NCBI GenBank assembly: GCA_965199855.1 | Contig: OZ241326.1 | Location: 1-64,000, forward strand | Direction of reading: 5' to 3' | Length of the DNA stretch: 64,000 bases | DNA from: a bacterium | GTDB taxonomy: Bacteria; UBA8248 | Shown: positions 1-9,856 of the stretch, piece by piece | Numbering within the stretch: the first letter of the stretch is position 1 | Layout: every line of letters begins with the position of its first letter | Made by a program: the position numbers and the translations under genes | The notes under the pieces: model-generated | Seen by the model: the letters and a program-made list of their open reading frames with translations, nothing else | Databases searched by the model: none | What the model was told of the DNA's origin: nothing

Positions 1-1508
1 GGGAGCCTGGCGAGGGCCTCCTCCAACGCTTCCCGACCCTCCGGGCCGCTCGTCAGCGCGGAGAAAGCCTCCGTGGTGAGCCGGACGAAGGAAGAGGGCG
101 GGGCCCGCTTCGGAATTTTCTCCACGAGCGCGAAGAAATCCGACATCGCCAGGGCGAGGGAATGGGCGGCGGGGCGCTCCTCGTCATCCTCGCGCATCGC
201 CTCCAGAGCCGCATCGAGCGCGGAGAGCCACGCCTCGGCGCCCGGCGCGTAGGGCAGGCTCCTCGAGAAAAACTCCCATTTCGAGGCGAGGGCGGGATCG
301 CCCGCGAGCGCGCTCCATCCGTATCTTTCCGCGAGCGCCGCGAAAGCGTCCGCGCGGACGAAGCCGCCCTCGTCCAGAAAGCGCATCACCCCGGCGCGCG
401 GGTAGTCCTCGGCGATGATTTGAAGCATCAGGAGAAACAAGCGGCCCGCGGGCGCGGCGGACAGGGGCGTCCTCTCCTCGACGCGGCAGGGAATTTCGAG
501 AGCCTCGAGGGTTTCCCGGAGCAGGGACTGATAGCCGCTCCCCGAGGTCGTCAGAACGCATATTTCCCCCGTCTCCGGCGCGGCTTCCCGCGCCTTCAGC
601 ATCTCGCGGCACGCCTCCCGCGCCTCGCGTCCGGGCCCCGGCGCGGTCACGATTCGCAGGGCGTCCCCCGGAACGCGCGCGGCCGCGCCGCCCGAGTCCG
701 CGAACAGCGCGTCCGCGAGGGGCGCGAGCGGCCTCGCCTCCGCCGCTCCCGCCTCCCCGCGCGCGAAGCCCAGCTCCTCGAACCAGCGGATGAGCGGCTG
801 GGCGTGCGCGCACGCGGGCGCGTCCGCCCGGGCGGGGACGAGGGCGTGCGTCTCCGCCTCGCGGCACGCCGCCTTGACGAGTCTGCGCTGGAGGGCGTTC
901 ATCTCGGCGAAGCCGTAAAAAATCGTGGGAACGCGCGGGGGGGCGGCTTCCGCCCTCTCGCACGCCATTTCAAGGAGCGACGAGCCGTCGCAGCGCTTCA
1001 TCTCCCGCAGCGCGCGCCCGAAATCCTCCGCCAGACGCGCCAGGTCCTCGCCCTGGGCCTTGTCGGGCGCGGACATCCGCCGGGCGAGCTTCCTCAAGTC
1101 CCCGGGCGAGAGATTCGCCTCGGCCAGGTCCGTCAGCGCGGCGCAGAGGCTGCGCCCGCACCCCCGCCCGCCCTCGTGAAAATGCTTCAGCTCCGGCCGC
1201 GCGTCCTCGAGCGCCTTTTGCGCCAGAGCTTCGGCGAACGCCGGAGGAATCTTCTCAAGCCCCTCCAGGGCGAGGGCGGGGCCCGCCATCTCGCGCGCCA
1301 GGTCCAGCGCGACCAGAACCGACACCCCGGCGAAGCCGCCCGCGCGGGCGAGCAGCCTCTGGACGCGGTCGCGCAGGCGGTTCGAGATGACGACGACGCG
1401 CCGGCGCGCGAGCGGGTCTCCCCCGCCGAGACGGCGGACGCGCGAGGCGAGGGATGATTCCAGCTGGTGAAACGGAGCGGCGACCAGGATTTTCGAGGGC
1501 TGCGGCAT
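1..1508 (-). CDS. AddB/RexB-like ATP-dependent nuclease subunit (PD-(D/E)XK family); 5' part, runs off the window
   Basis: Not in the ORF track, presumably because it has no stop in the window. Manual translation from the ATG at 1508 gives MPQPSKILVAAPFHQLESSLASRVRRLGGGDPLARRRVVVISNRLRDRVQRLL..., which resembles the degenerate helicase N-terminus of AddB/RecC-like proteins. The 162..1457 + ORF is its antisense shadow. Confidence 0.6.
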   Translation of the reverse strand, partial: MPQPSKILVAAPFHQLESSLASRVRRLGGGDPLARRRVVVISNRLRDRVQRLLARAGGFAGVSVLVALDLAREMAGPALALEGLEKIPPAFAEALAQKALEDARPELKHFHEGGRGCGRSLCAALTDLAEANLSPGDLRKLARRMSAPDKAQGEDLARLAEDFGRALREMKRCDGSSLLEMACERAEAAPPRVPTIFYGFAEMNALQRRLVKAACREAETHALVPARADAPACAHAQPLIRWFEELGFARGEAGAAEARPLAPLADALFADSGGAAARVPGDALRIVTAPGPGREAREACREMLKAREAAPETGEICVLTTSGSGYQSLLRETLEALEIPCRVEERTPLSAAPAGRLFLLMLQIIAEDYPRAGVMRFLDEGGFVRADAFAALAERYGWSALAGDPALASKWEFFSRSLPYAPGAEAWLSALDAALEAMREDDEERPAAHSLALAMSDFFALVEKIPKRAPPSSFVRLTTEAFSALTSGPEGREALEEALARL

Positions 1509-1552
1509 GGGGATTTCCCTCTCACCGGCGAGGCGGCGATTCCCGCGGGCGA

Positions 1553-2518
1553 TCACGCGTCCAGCGCGCTTTCCCCGAACAACTCCTCCACCTCGAGAGG
1601 ACGGGGCGTAAGCCCCTGCCGGTGGGCGTAGGCGGCGAGCTTCTCCAGCGCCCGGCGGTTCGCCTCCACGCCGTAGGGCCAGAAGTTCTCGCCGAACAGC
1701 GCGCGCGTCTCGTCCATGACCGCCGGCAGGAAGGGAATCATCGCCGAGAGCGCGCCGTTGTCGCCCAGCGCGGCCAGCGTCTTCTCCCTCGCCTCGCGCA
1801 TGGCCTCATAGACGGACCGAAGCGCCCAGGGATTGCGCTCGTGAATCGCGCGCCGCAGCACGACGCAGTGCATCATGGGATGAATCCCCGTTCTGCGGTA
1901 ATACGCCGTCTCGACGGCCCTGTAGTCGGGAAACAGCCGCTTAACGCGCGGCGATCCGTTCAGGAAGCACGCGGGCGCCTGATGAACCAGCGCGCCGTCC
2001 ACCTCGCCGGATTCGAGCATGTCGGAAATCGTCCGCCCGCGCTTCATGTAGCGGACGCGCGTCCCCGGCGGCATCGGAACCGGCACGCGCGGCTCCAGGG
2101 CCGCCACCCATTCCACCGCGCTCGGGTCCAGCCCGTATTCTTCCTCGAGAATGCCCACGATCCACACCACCGCCGTCATCCCCCACTCCCGAATGGCGAC
2201 TCGCCGGCCGTTGAAGTCCGCCGCCTCCTCGACGCCGGAATCCGCGTTGGCATAGACCATCGAGTGCCGGAAAACCCGGCTGGGGAAGGCGGGCATTCCC
2301 ACGAACGGACTCTCCCCCGCTCCGATCAGGAACATGTGCGCCCCCATCGACATCTCCGAGAGGTCGAACTCCCGGTAGCGGCACATGCGAAAAAATATCT
2401 CGGAGGGCGGAAGCGTAACGACCCGGAGATTCACCCCCTTCGGGCGAACGTCGCCCGTTTTGAGGGGGCTGGTTCGATCGTAGTCGCCGAACGCCGCCGT
2501 CAGCTCCAGATCGGGCAT
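1553..2518 (-). CDS. 4,5-dihydroxyphthalate decarboxylase-like protein (periplasmic-binding-protein fold)
   Basis: LTAAFGDYDRT, EIFFRM...EFDLSEMS, FPSRVFRHS and WPYGVEANR motifs typical of this family. Confidence 0.8.
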   Translation of the reverse strand: MPDLELTAAFGDYDRTSPLKTGDVRPKGVNLRVVTLPPSEIFFRMCRYREFDLSEMSMGAHMFLIGAGESPFVGMPAFPSRVFRHSMVYANADSGVEEAADFNGRRVAIREWGMTAVVWIVGILEEEYGLDPSAVEWVAALEPRVPVPMPPGTRVRYMKRGRTISDMLESGEVDGALVHQAPACFLNGSPRVKRLFPDYRAVETAYYRRTGIHPMMHCVVLRRAIHERNPWALRSVYEAMREAREKTLAALGDNGALSAMIPFLPAVMDETRALFGENFWPYGVEANRRALEKLAAYAHRQGLTPRPLEVEELFGESALDA

Positions 2519-2722
2519 ACGCTCTCCTCCCCATCGCCGGCGTCCCGGAACGCCTCGTCAGGATGCGGCCGGCAGGTTTCTCATAGTTCGCCGCGTTCGG
2601 CAACGAGAGGCGGCTTGTCGGCGCGGAAAGCCGCCGGGTTGACCGTCCGCCCGGGGCGTGGCATGAAGGGTCGGGAAAGCCCAAAAGCCCGCGACCATGA
2701 GGAATTCCGCTTGTCCCGGAAG

Positions 2723-3754
2723 ATGAGGGTGATCGTATGCGGCTTCGGCCGCGTCGGGCGCGCGTTCGCCAGACTCGCCGTGGAGAAATCCGCGCGCCTC
2801 CGCTCCGCCTGCGGCATGGAGCTGTCCATCGTCGGCATCGGCGAACTGGCGGGGAGCCTCCATCGCCCGGAAGGGCTCGACGCGGCCGAGGCGGCGGACG
2901 CCTTCGAGCGCGGGGGCGGCTTCGCGGGGCATCCGGCGCTCGAGCCCGCCTGGCGGGGCATCGACCTCGTCCGCGCCGCGCGGGCCGATCTCCTGGTCGA
3001 GACGACGCCCACGGACGTTCAGACCGGGGAGCCCGCCGCGAGCCACGTCCGAGAGGCGCTCGCGAGGGGGATGCACGTCGCGAGCGCCAACAAGGGCCCC
3101 TTCATCCGCGCCTACCGGGAGCTGGCCCGCCTCGCCCGGGAAAGCGGCGCGGCCCTCAAGGTCTCGGCCGCGGCCGCCGCCGCCCTGCCGACCCTCGACG
3201 TGGCCCGGACGTGCCTCGCGGGGGCGGAGATTCTCTCGATAGAGGGCGTTCTGAACGGAACCACGAACTTCATCCTCTCCCGGATGCGGACGGGGGAGCG
3301 AACCTACGAGGAGGCGCTCGCGGAAGCGCAGGCGCTCGGCATCGCGGAGACCGACCCCGCGCTCGACGTGGAGGGCGTCGACTCCGCGAACAAGCTCGCG
3401 CTCATCGCCAGCGTCTGCATGGACGCCGACCTGCGGCCGGAGGACGTATCCCGCGCGGGAATCGCCGGCATCCCGGCGGCCCGGGTGCGAGGCGCGGCGG
3501 AGGAGGGGAAAATCCTGCGGCTCGTGGCCTCCGCGAGGCGGGAGGCGGACGGAAGCGTCGCGGCGAGGGTCGCGCCCGAGGCGCTCCCGCCGGATCATCC
3601 CCTCGCCGGCGTGGACGGCGCGGAGAAGGGAATCACCTACGCGACGGACACGATGGACCGCATCACCGTAAGCGGCGGCAAGAGCGACCCGAAAGGCGCG
3701 GCGGCGGCCCTTTTGAAGGACGTCATCAACGTCCACCGCTCCTCGTCCTCCTGA
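2723..3754 (+). CDS. hom: Homoserine dehydrogenase (no C-terminal ACT domain)
   Basis: GFGRVG NAD-binding motif, HVASANKGP, GVLNGTTNFIL, DVEGVDSANK. True start is ATG 2723 (or TTG 2711) within ORF 1454..3754. Confidence 0.85.
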   Translation: MRVIVCGFGRVGRAFARLAVEKSARLRSACGMELSIVGIGELAGSLHRPEGLDAAEAADAFERGGGFAGHPALEPAWRGIDLVRAARADLLVETTPTDVQTGEPAASHVREALARGMHVASANKGPFIRAYRELARLARESGAALKVSAAAAAALPTLDVARTCLAGAEILSIEGVLNGTTNFILSRMRTGERTYEEALAEAQALGIAETDPALDVEGVDSANKLALIASVCMDADLRPEDVSRAGIAGIPAARVRGAAEEGKILRLVASARREADGSVAARVAPEALPPDHPLAGVDGAEKGITYATDTMDRITVSGGKSDPKGAAAALLKDVINVHRSSSS

Positions 3755-3796
3755 CGCGAAGAGCGCCGCCGCATTCCGGGCGCCGGAGACCTTTCC

Positions 3797-5398
3797 ATGA
3801 ACAACGCGGACCTCATCGTCAGGACCATGAAGGACGCGGGCGTCACGCACTGCTTCGGCATCCCGAGCGGAAACGTGCTGCCCATGCTCGAGGCCATGCG
3901 GAAGGGCGGAGTCGAGTTCGTCCTGACCGCGCATGAGGGCTCCGCGAGCTTCGCCGCCGACGCGATGGGCCGCCTCACCGGCGCGCCGGGCTTCTGCATC
4001 GCCACGCTGGGCCCCGGCGCGACCAACCTTTCGACCGGCGTGGGCTCCGCCTGGCTGGATCGCTCGCCCCTCATCGCCCTCACCTGCAACATCCCCGCGC
4101 GTCAGCTGGGGCGGCGCATCCAGATGTCCATCGACCACCATGCGCTCTACCGGCCCATAGCCAAGGCGAGCCTTCCCGTGAGAGAGGGCGGCGTCGCCCC
4201 CGCCCTGGAGCAGGCGTTGCGACTGAGCCTGAGCGAGCCGCGCGGCCCCGTTCATCTGGATCTGCCGGAGGACGTATCCCTCGCCGCCGCTGCGGAGACG
4301 CCCCCCCCGATCCCCCGCGGCGAGCGTCCCCCCGCCGCGCCCGAGGAGGCGTTCGGGAAGCTCGAAGCCCTCCTGCGAAGCGCCAGGCGGCCCGTCGCCG
4401 TTCTCGGCGCGGCGGCCATGCGGATGGAGAGGCCCGGGCTTCTGCGCGAGTTCATCGACAGGCACCGGCTCCCCTTCGCCACGACCACCATGGCCAAGGG
4501 CATGATCGACGAGGATCACCCGCTTTCGCTCGGCTGCATCGAGCGCGGCAGGCGCCAGCTGCAGCGGGCGTTCCTCCAGGGCGCCGACCTGATCCTGGGC
4601 GTCGGCTACGACGTGGTCGAGGTGGAATACGAGCAGTGGATCAAGGACGTCCCCCTCGCCAGCGTGGACATCGAGCCGGTGGACGCGGACGCCTCCGTCC
4701 GCGTCGCCCACGAGGTGGTCGGCGACCTGGATGCGTCCCTGCGGCGCATGAGGGACTTCGCCCCCGGCGGCCATGAGTGGCCCCCGGACGCCGCCCTCAG
4801 GCACAAGGAGAAGTTCCAGAGGGCCCTGCGCCCCGAAACCCCCCATTTCGCGGCGCACGAGGCCATCGACGCGGCGCGCGAAGCGACCCCCCGGGAGGGG
4901 ATTCTCTCCTTCGACGTGGGCGCGCACACCCATCAGATCGCCAGCCAGTGGAGCGTTCACGAGCCGCGCACCTTCCTGATCACGAACGGGTGGTCGTCGA
5001 TGGGCTTCGGGCTTCCGGGCGCCATCGCCGCGAAGCTCGCGCGTCCCGAGAGGCCCGTCCTCGCCCTCGTCGGCGACGGCTGCTTTCAGATGACGTGCGG
5101 CGAGGCGGCCGTGGCGAAGCGCATGGGACTCGCCATCCCCATCGTCGTGCTGGACGACCGGTGGCTCTCGCTCATCCAGGTGAAGCAGGACAGGCGCTCG
5201 TACGACCGCTACGGAACCGAACTCCAGACCGAGGAATACCGCGAGCCGCCCGCCCATTACTTCGGCGTTCCCGCGGTGGGGGCGCGAACGCCCGAGGAAC
5301 TGGAAAAAGCGCTCAAAAAAGCCTTCGCCGCCCAAGGGCCCACGATCATCGAGGCGGTGGTGGACGCCGCGCACTACGACGAGACGGTGTTCGACTAG
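3797..5398 (+). CDS. Thiamine pyrophosphate-dependent enzyme, acetolactate synthase large-subunit family
   Basis: FGIPSG, HEGSASFAA, TLGPGATN, SMGFGLPGAIAA, GDG...V-x-LDD TPP motif. Confidence 0.85.
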   Translation: MNNADLIVRTMKDAGVTHCFGIPSGNVLPMLEAMRKGGVEFVLTAHEGSASFAADAMGRLTGAPGFCIATLGPGATNLSTGVGSAWLDRSPLIALTCNIPARQLGRRIQMSIDHHALYRPIAKASLPVREGGVAPALEQALRLSLSEPRGPVHLDLPEDVSLAAAAETPPPIPRGERPPAAPEEAFGKLEALLRSARRPVAVLGAAAMRMERPGLLREFIDRHRLPFATTTMAKGMIDEDHPLSLGCIERGRRQLQRAFLQGADLILGVGYDVVEVEYEQWIKDVPLASVDIEPVDADASVRVAHEVVGDLDASLRRMRDFAPGGHEWPPDAALRHKEKFQRALRPETPHFAAHEAIDAAREATPREGILSFDVGAHTHQIASQWSVHEPRTFLITNGWSSMGFGLPGAIAAKLARPERPVLALVGDGCFQMTCGEAAVAKRMGLAIPIVVLDDRWLSLIQVKQDRRSYDRYGTELQTEEYREPPAHYFGVPAVGARTPEELEKALKKAFAAQGPTIIEAVVDAAHYDETVFD

Positions 5399-5601
5399 GG
5401 GCGGCGTCCTTTTTCGCCCGGCGCGCGAGTGAAAGAAAAACCTCTTCGCTTTCCCGCCCATCGCTCCGGCACCCGGGCGACGCCGGCTTTCGACCATGCC
5501 GGGACGGACGCCGGAGCCGCGGCGTTCCGGGGGGGGCGAAATCCCCCTGCGAGGCCTGAATACTTCCTCTCGGCGCGGCGCCGAAGCGGCCAGCCGAACC
5601 C

Positions 5602-5697
5602 ATTATCCTTGTAAATTAAAAGTTAAATTTTTAATTTACAAGGATAATTTCAATAAATCCTTGCAAATTGAAAGAAAATATTTTAATTTACAAGGAT
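5602..5697. promoter_or_regulatory. Two tandem AT-rich palindromic operator-like sites, the second overlapping the start codon of the AAA ATPase
   Basis: 5602-5621 ATTATCCTTGTAAATTAAAA, 7-nt spacer, perfect inverse at 5629-5648. 5657-5673 ATCCTTGCAAATTGAAA, 7-nt spacer, 5681-5697 TTTTAATTTACAAGGAT (2 mismatches). Confidence 0.65.
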
Positions 5698-6925
5698 GAT
5701 ACATCGACGCTCATACCAGACAGTCATGAAGGCGCTCGACCGTCAGGCGGCCGTCGTCCTCCTCGGGCCGCGACAGGTCGGCAAGACCACCCTGGCGCTT
5801 GACATCGCCGAGGGTTCGGACGCGATCTATCTCGACCTCGAGTCCCGCGCGGATCTCGGCAAACTCGCCGACCCCGCGCTGTACCTCACCGAGTACGAGA
5901 ACCGCCTCGTGATCCTCGATGAGATTCACCGCGTACCGGAGCTGTTCAGGGAGCTGCGCGGCCTGATCGATCGGGGCCGGCGGGGAGGCAGGCGAACGGG
6001 CCGCTTCCTCATCCTGGGTTCGGCGTCGCTGGACCTGCTCCGCCAGTCGGGGGAGAGCCTCGCCGGGCGAATCGAGTACGTCGATCTGAACCCGATCGAC
6101 GTCCGGGAGGCCGCGTCCGGCGCGCAGGCGATGACGGCGCTGTGGGTGCGCGGGGGATTCCCGGACAGCTTTCTGGCCGCGAACGACTTCGACAGCCTCG
6201 TCTTTCGGCGAAACTTCATTCGCTCCTATCTGGAGCGCGACGTGGCGCAGTTCGGCCGGCGGATCCCGGCGGAGACGCTGGAGCGGCTCTGGACCATGCT
6301 GGCGCACGGCCAGGGCGCGCCCCTCAACGCCTCGAAGCCGGCGGCGGGGCTTTCCATCAGCGCCCCGACGGTGAGCGGCTACATCGACCTGCTGGTCGAT
6401 CTGCTCCTCGTCCGCCGCCTGCGTCCGTTCCACGCGAACGTCAAAAAGCGCCTGGTCAAATCCCCCAAGGTCTACGTGCGCGACAGCGGCCTCGTTCACG
6501 CCCTGCTCGGAATCGAGAGCCACGACGCGCTCGCCGGCCATCCGGTCGTCGGCGCGAGCTGGGAGGGCTTCGTCATCGAGAACCTTCTCGCCGTCGCCCC
6601 GCCGAGGACCATGGCGAGCTTCTACCGCACCTCGGCGGGCGCGGAGATCGACCTGTTGCTCGAGATTCCGGGAGCGCGGGGGCCCTGGGCCATCGAGATC
6701 AAGCGCGGACTCTCCGCAAGGCCCGGCAAGGGCTTTCATCACGCCCGGGAGGACGTAAGGCCGGAGCGCGCCTTCCTCGTCCATTCGGGCGAGGAGCGCT
6801 ACCCCATCACGGAGGACATCGAGGCGATCGGCCTTCGGGAGATGGCGTCGCTTCTGGAGAACGGCGCTCCCGAGCGCCCCCGGGCGAGGCGGAGACCCTC
6901 TGGAAGAACCGCAAGGCCGGTTTGA
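5696..6925 (+). CDS. AAA+ ATPase (AAA_14) with C-terminal DUF4143
   Basis: Walker A GPRQVGKTT, Walker B ILDEIHR, ILGSAS, RGGFP, KSPKVYVRDSGL, EIDLL...IEIK nuclease-like tail. Confidence 0.9.
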   Translation: MIHRRSYQTVMKALDRQAAVVLLGPRQVGKTTLALDIAEGSDAIYLDLESRADLGKLADPALYLTEYENRLVILDEIHRVPELFRELRGLIDRGRRGGRRTGRFLILGSASLDLLRQSGESLAGRIEYVDLNPIDVREAASGAQAMTALWVRGGFPDSFLAANDFDSLVFRRNFIRSYLERDVAQFGRRIPAETLERLWTMLAHGQGAPLNASKPAAGLSISAPTVSGYIDLLVDLLLVRRLRPFHANVKKRLVKSPKVYVRDSGLVHALLGIESHDALAGHPVVGASWEGFVIENLLAVAPPRTMASFYRTSAGAEIDLLLEIPGARGPWAIEIKRGLSARPGKGFHHAREDVRPERAFLVHSGEERYPITEDIEAIGLREMASLLENGAPERPRARRRPSGRTARPV

Positions 6926-7039
6926 CAGGAATCCGGCGGCGGGCCTACAAGGGGAGGCGGAAAGCCGCCGGGCGGAAAAAGCCCGAAAACCGGGGCGCGG
7001 GCATCCGCCCCGTCCATGAAGAGCCGACAGGAGAATTCC

Positions 7040-8821
7040 ATGGAATCCCGAAAGGCGGGCGTCGTCGGCCTGGGAACGATGGGGTCGAACATCGCCATCG
7101 TCTGCGCCCGGGGCGGCAGGGAAACCCTCGTGTACGAGTCCGACGCGCGGGCGCTGGAAGCCGGCATGGAGCGGGCGCGCGCCTTTCTCGACGCGGGCGT
7201 CCAGAAGGGAAAGACCACGGAAGCCGAAAGAGACGCGATTCTCGGGCGGATTCACGCGGCGGGCGCGCTTTCGGAGCTGAGCGGGTGCGGCTTCGTGATC
7301 GAGGCCATCACCGAGGACCTGGAGGAGAAGAAGAAGCTGCTGCGGAGCCTGGACGCCGTTCTGGACGAGGACGCCGTCATCGCCTCGAACACGAGTACGC
7401 TCTCCATCTCCCGCATGGGCGCGGCTTCGGGCAGGCCGGACAGGACCATCGGGACGCACTTCTGCCTGCCCGCCGCCCTCAACAGGCTCGTAGAGGTCGC
7501 CCCCGGCCTTCTGACCAGCGAGGAGACCCTGCGTGCGGCCACCGCCTTTCTCGAGGAGGTCGGGCAGACGCCCGTCGTCGTCAGGGACGCGCCCGGCTTC
7601 GTGCTCAACCGCTTCCTCGTGGCGTTTCAGAACGACTGCATCCGCCTCGTCGAGTCGGGCTACGCCAGCCCGGCGGACCTGGACGCGGGCGTCCGCCTCG
7701 GTCTGGGCTACAGGATGGGCCCCATGCGCCTGCTCGACATCGAGGGGCTGGACATTCACCGAACCGTCTCGCTCTCGATGCATGAGCAGCTCGGGGACCC
7801 CCGCTACGTCCCCCCGCCCCTGGTGGACCGCATGATCGACGCGGGGCGCCTGGGCGCGAAGGCGGGCCGGGGGTTCTACGGGTACAAATCCGCCGGCGTG
7901 TTCGGCGTCGCGGAGCCGGAGGAGGAGGCGGAAGGCGCGCTCGACGAATCCCCGGGACGCTCCCTGGCGGACGCGGTGAGGAAGGTCGGCGTGATCGGGG
8001 TGGGCGCGATGGGCTCGGGGATAGCGCAGGTCTGCGCCTCGGCGGGGCTGGCGGTCGCCGCCGTCGAGGCGAGCGCGGACGCCCTGGAGGCGGGTCTGGG
8101 CCGGATTCGCCGCAATCTCGAGGGCGCGGTGAAGCGCGGCAAGATGGACGAGGCCCGGAAGGAGGAGACGCTCGCCCGCCTGAGCGGCGCGACCGACCCG
8201 GACGCGCTCGCCGACTGCGACCTCCTCATCGAGGCGATCGTGGAGAACCTGGACGCCAAGCTCGAACTGTTCGGGAGGCTCGGCGAAATCGCGAAGGAAG
8301 ACGCCGTCATCGCCTCGAACACCTCCTGCCTTTCCGTGACCGCCATGGCCGCCAGAACGAAGCGCCCCGAAAGGACGCTCGGCCTCCACTTCTTCAACCC
8401 TCCCTACGCCATGCGCCTGGTGGAGGTGATCGAGGCCGTCCAGACGGCGCCCGATATCGCGGGCTTCGGCGCCGCCTTCTGCCGGCGCGTCGGCAAAACC
8501 CCGATTCTCGTCAGGGACAGGCCCGGCTTTCTGGTGAACCGCCTCCTCGTGCCCTACCTGAACCACGCCGCCCAGGCGTTCGACGACGGCCTCGCCGACA
8601 GGGAGAGCATGGACAGGGCCGTCAGCATGGGGCTCGGCCACCCGATGGGGCCGCTCGCGCTCATCGACCTGGTGGGCGCGGACGTGCAGACGTTCGTCGC
8701 CGACGCGATGGCCGAGGAGCTGGGCGAGGCCAGGTTCCTCCCCCCGCCCATCCTGCGGCGCATGACGGCGGCCGGCCGGCTCGGCCGAAAGACGGGCAGG
8801 GGCTTCTACGAATACGCATGA
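7040..8821 (+). CDS. 3-hydroxyacyl-CoA dehydrogenase with two complete tandem HAD units
   Basis: Two Rossmann motifs (GLGTMG, GVGAMG), two ASNTS, HFCLPA and HFFNPP, two PGF-x-NR and MGP segments. Confidence 0.85.
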   Translation: MESRKAGVVGLGTMGSNIAIVCARGGRETLVYESDARALEAGMERARAFLDAGVQKGKTTEAERDAILGRIHAAGALSELSGCGFVIEAITEDLEEKKKLLRSLDAVLDEDAVIASNTSTLSISRMGAASGRPDRTIGTHFCLPAALNRLVEVAPGLLTSEETLRAATAFLEEVGQTPVVVRDAPGFVLNRFLVAFQNDCIRLVESGYASPADLDAGVRLGLGYRMGPMRLLDIEGLDIHRTVSLSMHEQLGDPRYVPPPLVDRMIDAGRLGAKAGRGFYGYKSAGVFGVAEPEEEAEGALDESPGRSLADAVRKVGVIGVGAMGSGIAQVCASAGLAVAAVEASADALEAGLGRIRRNLEGAVKRGKMDEARKEETLARLSGATDPDALADCDLLIEAIVENLDAKLELFGRLGEIAKEDAVIASNTSCLSVTAMAARTKRPERTLGLHFFNPPYAMRLVEVIEAVQTAPDIAGFGAAFCRRVGKTPILVRDRPGFLVNRLLVPYLNHAAQAFDDGLADRESMDRAVSMGLGHPMGPLALIDLVGADVQTFVADAMAEELGEARFLPPPILRRMTAAGRLGRKTGRGFYEYA

Positions 8822-9798
8822 GCGGCGAAGGCGAACCCGCCCCGGAGCGGGAGCACCCCAGGCCCCTCATCGCCGCGAGCCGCTGCCTCGGGTTCGACGC
8901 CTGCCGCTGGGACGGCGGAAAGATTCCCTTTCCCTTTCTGGAGCGGCTGGCGCCGCACGTCGAGTTCCGGCCGGTCTGCCCCGAGATGGAGATCGGCCTG
9001 GGCGCGCCCCGGGACCCGGTGCGGATTCACCTGGAAGGCGGGCGAAAAGTCCTCCGCCAGCCCCGGACGGGGCGGCACCTCACGCGCGAGATGGAAGCCT
9101 TCTCCGCGCGGTTTCTGGCGGCGCCGGGGGAGGCGGACGGCTTCATCCTGAAAAGCCGCTCGCCCTCGTGCGGCGTCACGGACGCGAAAATCTTCCCCTC
9201 CCCGGCTTCCGGGAGTCCAATCGGGACGGGCGCGGGCCTGTTCGCCGAAAAAATCATCGAAAAATTCGGCGCGGCCGCCGCCGTGGACGAGGCGGGCCTT
9301 CAGGACGCCGCCCTCCGCGCGCGCTTTCTCACCAGGGCTTTCGCCCTCGCCTCCTTCCGCCGGGTCAGGAAGTCGGGACGAATCGCCCGCCTCGTCCGCT
9401 ACCACGCGGAGAACGAGCTGCTGTTCATGGCGCGCCGGGAGGAGGCCGCGCGCGGAATGGGGCGGCTGGCGGCGAACCACGAGGGGCGCGGCTTCGGCGA
9501 GGTCGCGGCCTCGTATGAGCGCGCGCTCCTGAGGCTTCTCTCCCGCGCGCCCTCTCGCGCGGCGAACGCGAACGTTCTCGCCCGCGCGCCGGGGCGTTTC
9601 TCGGAAACAATCGACGCGGGCGAGAAGGCGCGCTTCCTCGGCATGGTGGAGGCATACCGGGCGGGCGAAATCCCGCTCGCCGCGCCGATGGAGACGCTCA
9701 GGCGCTGGGCGGCGCGCCTCTCCACCCCCTGGCTCGCCGCGCGGACCTTCCTCGAGCCCTACCCGCGCGAACTGGAGAAGAGGGAGGACGCCGCATAG
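8818..9798 (+). CDS. DUF523 + DUF1722 (YbbK/YbgA, 2-thiouracil desulfurase family) protein
   Basis: SRCLG..CRWDG, PVCPEMEIGLGAPRDP, ILKSRSPSCG, C-terminal EPYP; ATG overlaps the upstream stop (ATGA). Confidence 0.85.
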   Translation: MSGEGEPAPEREHPRPLIAASRCLGFDACRWDGGKIPFPFLERLAPHVEFRPVCPEMEIGLGAPRDPVRIHLEGGRKVLRQPRTGRHLTREMEAFSARFLAAPGEADGFILKSRSPSCGVTDAKIFPSPASGSPIGTGAGLFAEKIIEKFGAAAAVDEAGLQDAALRARFLTRAFALASFRRVRKSGRIARLVRYHAENELLFMARREEAARGMGRLAANHEGRGFGEVAASYERALLRLLSRAPSRAANANVLARAPGRFSETIDAGEKARFLGMVEAYRAGEIPLAAPMETLRRWAARLSTPWLAARTFLEPYPRELEKREDAA

Positions 9799-9856
9799 GC
9801 GCGGCTCTCCGCGCGGGGGGAGGCTTCCGGCGTTGCCGGGCAAAGCGCGAGTCGGT

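Noticed and set aside
162-8641. Long ORFs 162..1457(+), 2558..5497(-), 5711..8641(-) and the N-terminal extension of 1454..3754
   Set aside because: Shadow or run-on frames overlapping well-supported genes; Arg/Gly/Ala/Pro-rich with no family motifs.
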